A stretch of DNA of 64,000 nucleotides from a virus: IMG/VR virus record IMGVR_UViG_3300045988_059940, positions 32,001 to 96,000 of that record; one strand, written 5' to 3'. Made by a program: the position numbers and the translations under genes. Shown piece after piece: positions 57,740-64,000 of the stretch; position 1 is the first letter of the stretch, and every line of letters starts with the position of its first letter. The notes under the pieces are model-generated. The model ran no database searches and was not told where the DNA came from. It saw only the letters and a program-made list of their open reading frames with translations.

Positions 57740-59617
57740 ATGATTATACGAAACAAAACAGTCATTACATATGACATTGAAGTTTTCCACAACGTATTTC
57801 ATTGTACGTGTAAAGATACAGAAACAGGTCAGTTACACTTTTTTGAGTTAAGTAACAGAAAGAATCAACTAAGAGAATTAGTTGATTTTTTTCGTATTAA
57901 TACTTATCTATTTTGTGGATATAACAATAAGCATTTTGATGATGTAGTAATAAATTATATCATTGATATGATTAATGTAATAGAAACAAAAACTCGATTA
58001 AGAGTGGCTGAATCTATTTTTAATCTTTCACAAACAATAATTACGTCTGAGGAAGATATTAGTCCATTTAAGAAGTGGAAGTATATGTATAATTTTGCTT
58101 CTATGGACTTGCTTACAATGCAATTTAGTTCAAAATTACGTGTGGGCTTAAAGGAAATGCAAGTAACTATGTATTATCCTAACGTAAAAGAATATGCAGG
58201 AGATTTTAACGACAACCTGGCAGATTCTGAAATTGACGAAATGATTGCATACAACATTAATGATGTTGATTCTACTACGGAGTTATTAAACAGATTAAAA
58301 TCTGATATAGAATTACGAGAATATATACGACAAGAATATGACATTGATGCATTGTCTATGGACGGCGTTAAGATTGGTGAGACTTTACTATTGAAAAAGT
58401 ATTGTGAAGCTACAAATCTAGACCAAGAATATGTGAAAACATTAAGCAGTCCAATGGATTATATTGCATTAAAAGATGTAATATTACCTATCGTACAATT
58501 TAAAAATCCGATTTTAAAAGACGTTCTTGACGAGATGAAAGCCCAAGTTGTCTACACAAAAGAACGCAAAGGCTATGAGAAGAAGTTTGTTCTCTCAAAT
58601 GTGTGCTATTCTATTGGAGTAGGAGGAATACATTCCATCCATACTCCTAGAATCTTCACTCCTAATGCAGATGAATATATTGGACACAGCGATGTAGCAT
58701 CAATGTATCCGTCCTTTATTATACAGTATGGATGGATACCACAACATTTAGGTAAAGATTTTTGGCAGGTGTACAGCGCAGTTTACAATGAGCGCATAGA
58801 AGCCAAACGTGTCAAACAGAAGTTGAAGGATAAAGTATTAAAGCTTTCCTTGAACGCTGTTACAGGGAAAATGCAACAAGAGACAAGTTGGATGTACGAC
58901 CCACTGTCAGTATTTAAAATACGAATTAACGGACAATTAGTTCTGTTGATGTTAGTGGAGCGTCTATTAGAGTTAGGTTGTAAGATTGTACAAGTTAACA
59001 CTGACGGAGTGGTGTATATTGCAAAAAAAGACAAAGCCGAACAAGTAGGGCAGAGTATTAGAGAAATAGAGCAATTAACACGCTTGTCATTTGAAACAGA
59101 TAGATACGAAGCGTTTTATCAGTACGCAATCAATGATTATTTCGGTGTCGTTGATGGTTTCTCTCAATCTAGGGACGAGAAACTGATAGAAAAGAAAGGT
59201 ATGTTTATCACCAACACCAACCTTGGGAAAGGGTTAACTCCAACCGTAATACCAAAGGCGGTGATAAACTATTTTGTAAACAAAGAACCAGTGTCAGAAT
59301 TTATTAAGAAAGATGAAAACATCTGTGACTTTCTTATGGCACAAAAATGCGACAGAAAGTTTAAAGTTATACATGGAGAAAAGCCTGTACAACGTATTAA
59401 TAGATTTTACGCATCAACGAATGACTATTCGTTATTCAAAGTTTCACCAGAAGGAAAAGAGATTAATATGCTCACAAAATCTGGTGTAACAATCTTGAAC
59501 CAATTAGATAGTAAGCCGATAGGGGAGAGACATCTAAACTATCTATATTATATTAGTGAAGCGAAGAAAATTATTCACGCTTTTGAATGTAGACAGTTAG
59601 ATTTATTTAATGATTAA
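57740..59617 (+). CDS. family B DNA polymerase
   Basis: The exonuclease motifs are YDIEV (ExoI), GYNNKHFD (ExoII) and YNINDVDST (ExoIII). The polymerase motifs are DVASMYPSFI (A), KLSLNAVTGKM (B) and VNTDGV (C). Confidence 0.85.
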   Translation: MIIRNKTVITYDIEVFHNVFHCTCKDTETGQLHFFELSNRKNQLRELVDFFRINTYLFCGYNNKHFDDVVINYIIDMINVIETKTRLRVAESIFNLSQTIITSEEDISPFKKWKYMYNFASMDLLTMQFSSKLRVGLKEMQVTMYYPNVKEYAGDFNDNLADSEIDEMIAYNINDVDSTTELLNRLKSDIELREYIRQEYDIDALSMDGVKIGETLLLKKYCEATNLDQEYVKTLSSPMDYIALKDVILPIVQFKNPILKDVLDEMKAQVVYTKERKGYEKKFVLSNVCYSIGVGGIHSIHTPRIFTPNADEYIGHSDVASMYPSFIIQYGWIPQHLGKDFWQVYSAVYNERIEAKRVKQKLKDKVLKLSLNAVTGKMQQETSWMYDPLSVFKIRINGQLVLLMLVERLLELGCKIVQVNTDGVVYIAKKDKAEQVGQSIREIEQLTRLSFETDRYEAFYQYAINDYFGVVDGFSQSRDEKLIEKKGMFITNTNLGKGLTPTVIPKAVINYFVNKEPVSEFIKKDENICDFLMAQKCDRKFKVIHGEKPVQRINRFYASTNDYSLFKVSPEGKEINMLTKSGVTILNQLDSKPIGERHLNYLYYISEAKKIIHAFECRQLDLFND

Positions 59618-60212
59618 CTCGATAACCTTAGAGTATAAGAGAATGATTATTGAAATTAACACAAAACTTCTGGGTATTCCAGAAAAAATAAATTTAAATC
59701 AATTACTTTTCCTAAGTATGGTATTGGATAAGAATCAAAAAGCCAATAATCAAGACGTCCGCCGAATTGTCAGCCTTATCGACGATGACGAAATATCATG
59801 CTTAGTTCAACAAGGACTGCTCACCTCGATAGAGAGAGGTGGGTCAATTACATACAAAGAAACAGACAAATTGCTCAACTATATTAAACCTAGTAAAGCT
59901 TATTTTGACTTATTCTTTGAGATGTACCCAGTTTATGTAGATAGACCAGATGGAACGAAAGGTTACCTTCGAACTAATATACATAAATGCAGACATTTAT
60001 ATAATACCTACGTTGGTAACAGCCAAACTATGGCGGAACACATCAACAAATGCCTTGAAAAAGAGTTAGCTAAAAAAGCTCAACAAGGCAAATTAGGTTA
60101 TATGAAGACTATGTGGAGATGGTTAGTTGACCATCAGTGGGAAGAAATTGAAGAAGAGATGCGCCACGAAGAAACAACCCAGACACAATCCTATGGAACA
60201 GAACTTATCTAA
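59610..60212 (+). CDS. replication-module hypothetical protein
   Basis: 200 aa, lying between the polymerase and the helicase. Confidence 0.5.
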   Translation: MINSITLEYKRMIIEINTKLLGIPEKINLNQLLFLSMVLDKNQKANNQDVRRIVSLIDDDEISCLVQQGLLTSIERGGSITYKETDKLLNYIKPSKAYFDLFFEMYPVYVDRPDGTKGYLRTNIHKCRHLYNTYVGNSQTMAEHINKCLEKELAKKAQQGKLGYMKTMWRWLVDHQWEEIEEEMRHEETTQTQSYGTELI

Positions 60213-61119
60213 GCTCATTAGACCTATGTCTAGTGTAGCACAAGAAGCTATAAATTATATTGAAGGTAGAAAAAATCATGATATAGATTCTTTAAAGACA
60301 AGATGGGAGAAGTTCAATAAGCAATGTATGGGTGGTATTGAACCTAACACGGTTTATACTATCGCAGGTATTTCTGGAAGCGGTAAATCAAGCGTTACAA
60401 ACTTGATGCAAACTGATGTAATTGATTTAAATAAGGATAAAGATATTATTATACTTAATTTCTCATTAGAGATGGTTGGATTTAGGCAAGTTGGAAGGAC
60501 GCTATCTAATAAACTTAGAAAAACGACTTCGACTCTGTATAGTTCTGAAAAGGACCTAGATGACAAAACTTTTAGTGAAGTCATTAAAGTTTCCAATCAG
60601 TTAAAGCAGTATCCTATCTACTTTGTAGATGTACCAGTAACTGCCACACAAGTAAGTGAAATAATAAAAGAGTTCTATGAATCGTACGTAAAAGGTACGA
60701 ATAAATACTTCATTATATTCTACGACCATACTTTGTTAACAAAACAAGTAGGTTCAGTTATAGAAACAATTAGTGAACTTGAAAAAGTATTCATTCAAGC
60801 GAAAAAATATCCTCTCACTTCGGTTATACAAATAGCTCAAATGAATAGAAACATAGAAACTCCTGAACGAATTAACAACTCGTTACATCATTATCCTATG
60901 AGAAGTGATATTTCTTCATCAGATGCAGTATTTCAAGCAAGTGATTACGTATTCGTAATCCATCGACCAGAAATATTGAACATACAAGAATATGGTCCAA
61001 ACGCTTTACCTACTTATAACAAAGTATACATGCATTTACTTAAAAATAGAGATGCAGGTAAACCATGTATACTAGAATTTGAAAACGACCTAGCGTTCAA
61101 TAATCTGATTGAGAGTTAA
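60193..61119 (+). CDS. DnaB-like replicative helicase (C-terminal RecA-like domain)
   Basis: Walker A is GISGSGKSS. The Walker B-like segment is FIIFYDHT. IAQMNRN resembles the DnaB QLNR motif. The start was chosen at MEQNLSKL, and the track's earlier ATG at 60127 is also possible. Confidence 0.7.
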   Translation: MEQNLSKLIRPMSSVAQEAINYIEGRKNHDIDSLKTRWEKFNKQCMGGIEPNTVYTIAGISGSGKSSVTNLMQTDVIDLNKDKDIIILNFSLEMVGFRQVGRTLSNKLRKTTSTLYSSEKDLDDKTFSEVIKVSNQLKQYPIYFVDVPVTATQVSEIIKEFYESYVKGTNKYFIIFYDHTLLTKQVGSVIETISELEKVFIQAKKYPLTSVIQIAQMNRNIETPERINNSLHHYPMRSDISSSDAVFQASDYVFVIHRPEILNIQEYGPNALPTYNKVYMHLLKNRDAGKPCILEFENDLAFNNLIES

Positions 61120-61159
61120 TACTGCATTAAGTATTAACATTTTTATTAGGCTGACATAT

Positions 61160-61639
61160 ATGAAACTTTACACATTCAATTTTACTTCTACTAACAACAG
61201 TAAGCAAACCAAGAAGACTAACAACTTTCCTAAGTATGCTAAACAAACAGACTATTCTAAGATTCTTGATAGTATTATACTTAATAATGTAATTAATACA
61301 AACACGTATTTGACCAAAACAGCCACGGATAAGGCAGTAGAAGAAGCATTCAAGGCAAATACGAGTATTAAGTATGGTCTAAGCACGTACGCTGCATATC
61401 TTGTAAATCTTATTAAGTCAAAGACAAACTTCCCGTTCAAGTTTGGTAAGAAGTATATCACAAACAACGGAACTATTATCATTTTCTACGATGATGAAGT
61501 TCAGATTGGAACTGACATTTATTCATACGAAGAGTTTGAAGATGAACTGTTCCTAAACAACTTGGAGCAACCTAAGAAGAAGATTATTATCGACATCTTT
61601 GCTCCTGGTAAAAACATTTCAATTAACATTAAGAAATAA
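61160..61639 (+). CDS. hypothetical protein
   Basis: The likely start is MKLYTFNFTS. Confidence 0.45.
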   Translation: MKLYTFNFTSTNNSKQTKKTNNFPKYAKQTDYSKILDSIILNNVINTNTYLTKTATDKAVEEAFKANTSIKYGLSTYAAYLVNLIKSKTNFPFKFGKKYITNNGTIIIFYDDEVQIGTDIYSYEEFEDELFLNNLEQPKKKIIIDIFAPGKNISINIKK

Positions 61640-61644
61640 TATAC

Positions 61645-62385
61645 ATGTTAGTATTACCTACAACGAAAATTCCAGCTAAGTCTACAAATCCGAAGTATTT
61701 AATTATATACGGATTACCTAAATCTGGCAAAACGTCAGCAGTAGCACAGCTAGAAAATAATTTGATTATAGACCTAGAAGGCGGTTCTACGTTTATTGAT
61801 GCAATGTCAATACAATGTAGAACTATAAACGAATTAGGCGAAGCCGCACAAGCAATTCGCGCTAAGAATGAAGAAGTAGGAAAAAACTTTTACAAACATA
61901 TAACCATTGACAATGCTACGCGATTAGAAGATATTTGTCTATCATTTGCAGCACAGCTTTATAGGAAAACAGAGCTTGGAAAGAATTGGAAAGGAGATGA
62001 CGTAACAACGTTACCTCGTGGTGCTGGATATAAGTATCTACGAGACGCGGTAAAAAAGGTTATAGATATGTTTAAAGACTTGTGTGATGAGTTTATTCTC
62101 ATTGGACATGTCAAAGATAGCATTATCGAGAAAGATGGCGAAGAAGTGACCGCTAAGGAGATAGACCTTGTCGGCAAACTTGGTAAAATTATATGCGGAT
62201 TGTCAGATGCAGTAGGATACATCTATCGCAAGGGAAATGAAACCCATATCTCATTTAAAGGAGGTACTGACGAAACTATAATGGAAGCAAGAGCTAAGCA
62301 TATTGCTGGTAAAGATATAGTAATCGCCACTGGAAACGAAGATGGTTCTATCACTACGTATTGGGATAGAATCTATAAAGATTAA
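61645..62385 (+). CDS. P-loop ATPase of the phage Sak4/RecA-like AAA family
   Basis: Walker A is GLPKSGKT. The Walker B-like segment is FILIGH. Its size and its position next to the SSB-like gene fit this family. Confidence 0.55.
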   Translation: MLVLPTTKIPAKSTNPKYLIIYGLPKSGKTSAVAQLENNLIIDLEGGSTFIDAMSIQCRTINELGEAAQAIRAKNEEVGKNFYKHITIDNATRLEDICLSFAAQLYRKTELGKNWKGDDVTTLPRGAGYKYLRDAVKKVIDMFKDLCDEFILIGHVKDSIIEKDGEEVTAKEIDLVGKLGKIICGLSDAVGYIYRKGNETHISFKGGTDETIMEARAKHIAGKDIVIATGNEDGSITTYWDRIYKD

Positions 62386-62416
62386 AAACAAATTTAGAAC
62401 TTATAAGTCAATAATT

Positions 62417-62977
62417 ATGTACAATACGAAAACAGCCGTAACACAAGAGCAAGAATTTACTTCTGCTTATATGCCCGCAGGTATTAACGAAAACGTAACT
62501 TTAAAAGAAGTAAACGTACGTAAGTCACCTACGGACAAAGATTTTTTAGAGTTTATCTTCGAAGATGTTGACGGAAAAACCGCTAGCATGACAGAATGGA
62601 AAAACGAAAAGAACATGTGGATTAAGACCGACGAAGATTTGCAACGTCGTGATGATTTACAGTTCGGTCGTATTATGCAGATTATAAACTGCTACTATCC
62701 TGCAATCGAAGGTTCTTTCGATACATTTAAGGAGATGATTGAGTGGGTTAAGAAACAGCTTGACCCAATGATTAATACTAAGAAGGCATTGCGTCTAAAA
62801 GTAGTTTACGATAACCGTAACTACACGCGCGTATCTTCAAATGGTATCTTTGTAGAACCAATGACCGTTGAAGACTCTAAAATTAAGAAGTTTGCTCGTG
62901 ACACTTTCGAGCGACAAATTGTTGCTGACGAAGAGTCAAAACAGGCGGCAGCAGCTGATAGTGACCTGCCTTTCTAA
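62417..62977 (+). CDS. single-stranded DNA-binding protein candidate
   Basis: The C-terminal tail ...EESKQAAAADSDLPF resembles the acidic D-[IL]-P-F SSB tip. The gene lies in the replication-module context. Confidence 0.45.
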   Translation: MYNTKTAVTQEQEFTSAYMPAGINENVTLKEVNVRKSPTDKDFLEFIFEDVDGKTASMTEWKNEKNMWIKTDEDLQRRDDLQFGRIMQIINCYYPAIEGSFDTFKEMIEWVKKQLDPMINTKKALRLKVVYDNRNYTRVSSNGIFVEPMTVEDSKIKKFARDTFERQIVADEESKQAAAADSDLPF

Positions 62978-63012
62978 AACTATCCAGTTAAGGGTTCTGT
63001 AAAAACCCATAA

Positions 63013-63107
63013 GACACGAATGTGGAACTACAAAAAGTTGATTAATCATAGGTTCTTATTTATTGTTGTATTGTAGTTGAGGGGTTCGATTCCCCTCCGT
63101 GTCACCA
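63013..63107 (+). ncRNA. tRNA-like element with an encoded CCA and an expanded anticodon arm (95 nt)
   Basis: The acceptor is GACACG(A)/(C)CGUGUC, the T arm is AGGGG-UUCGAUU-CCCCU and the 3' end is ACCA. The stem CUACAA/UUGUAG encloses about 37 nt where the anticodon loop should be. Confidence 0.4.
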
Positions 63108-63159
63108 AACAGAGTATTTTTATAAAACGTTTTGTTTGTGAAACTTAGTATTAGTTTCA

Positions 63160-63219
63160 GGCAATAGTCTTGGAGATTTCTTTGTAAAAAGATTAGCGGT
63201 TCGATTCCGTGTATTGCCA
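63160..63219 (+). ncRNA. miniature (60 nt) tRNA-like element, type A copy 1
   Basis: The acceptor is GGCAAUA/UAUUGCC and the T loop is UUCGAUU. A 3-bp mini D hairpin, UCU-UGG-AGA, is present. The stem UCUU/AAGA closes the loop UGUAAA. Confidence 0.4.
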
Positions 63220-63238
63220 CTAACTTAAATTATTTCAT

Positions 63239-63571
63239 ATGAAATTTAAAATTAAAAAGATTGATTACGGAGAAGGTAATGTTCATTATGTTATATTAAA
63301 ACGAAATTGGCTAGGATTATATGTAAAATTCTTCTATAAAATAAATGGGTACCATATATATGAATGGAATGATGTGTGTATGAAGCAATTCAATCGAAAA
63401 ATACTACATTTGACACAAATGGCGTTCGATGAATGCATTATATTAAAACATCTACTTGGTTATAGTGTATTAGACTATTTTACAGACATAGATGCAGCAA
63501 AGCATTTTATCAGACTAGTTATAAAATATAAAAAGAAACGTAAAAAAATAACATATGAAAAATATCCGTAA
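63239..63571 (+). CDS. hypothetical protein
   Basis: A 110-aa ORF lying between the two miniature tRNA-like elements. Confidence 0.45.
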   Translation: MKFKIKKIDYGEGNVHYVILKRNWLGLYVKFFYKINGYHIYEWNDVCMKQFNRKILHLTQMAFDECIILKHLLGYSVLDYFTDIDAAKHFIRLVIKYKKKRKKITYEKYP

Positions 63572-63577
63572 TTTTTA

Positions 63578-63638
63578 GGTAATAGCTTCGGAAGCCTCTT
63601 CATAAAAAGAGAGTATTGGTTCGACTCCAATATTACCA
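63578..63638 (+). ncRNA. miniature (61 nt) tRNA-like element, type A copy 2
   Basis: The acceptor is GGUAAUA/UAUUACC and the T loop is UUCGACU. The mini D hairpin CUU-CGG-AAG is compensatory relative to copy 1. The stem CUCUU/AAGAG closes the loop CAUAAA. Confidence 0.4.
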
Positions 63639-64000
63639 CAACATGCAGTCTGGTGTAATTAACCCAAGTTAGAATGTGTACAATTCGATGCGGGTGGAGT
63701 ATGAAAAGAAAATAAGTAGAAGTAGAAAAACTCGCGAATAAGTATATTTTAAAAGTTTTCAAAGTAATATCTTGCAGACCATCTATGAGGATGGAGGTTG
63801 GAGATAACAAGTTTATCTACTGCATTATGGGGGTATATGGCTTTGATTTTAGACGGAAGATATGTAAGCATGTAGAGCTTGTAACAGCTCTTAAATATAG
63901 TTACAATAAAATTAACCGACAACGTTATTTTGTCAATTGCAGCTTAATTGAATAATAGTAAATTTGGCGCACATTACACAGAACCACTCAAAGTAACTGT

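Noticed and set aside
1-64000. TGA or TAA reassignment, and CRISPR arrays.
   Set aside because: TGA and TAA consistently sit at gene ends, often in ATGA or TAATG overlaps, and never interrupt the joined frames. No regularly spaced direct repeats were seen. The only tandem repeats (39464-39595) are three irregular hairpins, not a CRISPR array.

Overview
This window is a contiguous piece of an AT-rich tailed dsDNA phage genome. Its layout resembles crAss-like (Crassvirales-type) phages of Bacteroidota; that assignment is inferred from gene content and order, not from a search.

There are two divergent modules. Positions 1-30968 are transcribed leftward. They hold a lysis cassette, head genes, portal, TerL, very large tail and fibre genes, dUTPase, a small tRNA cluster and a few small genes. 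Positions 31184-64000 are transcribed rightward. They hold small early genes, ThyX, a metallophosphoesterase, an ECF-type sigma factor, family B DNA polymerase, a DnaB-like helicase, an ATPase and an SSB-like protein. Scattered tRNAs and unusually long ORF-free, GC-richer and apparently structured segments are interspersed.

The dominant signal is that TAG is a sense codon. The fragmented ORFs of the six-frame track join in a single frame across TAG only. By manual frame-walking I count roughly 90-100 in-frame TAGs in the leftward genes, and these genes end at TAA or TGA. An amber-suppressor tRNA (anticodon CUA) sits at 28732-28819.

Other notable items:
- a 239-nt ORF-less group I intron splitting terL
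- thyX carrying a TAG inside its signature motif
- two ribosomal protein L7/L12 C-terminal-domain-like proteins
- a family of aberrant tRNA-like elements
- several kb of non-coding RNA-like sequence, including a 2.2-kb ORF-free block

All calls are from reading the sequence. No database search was possible.
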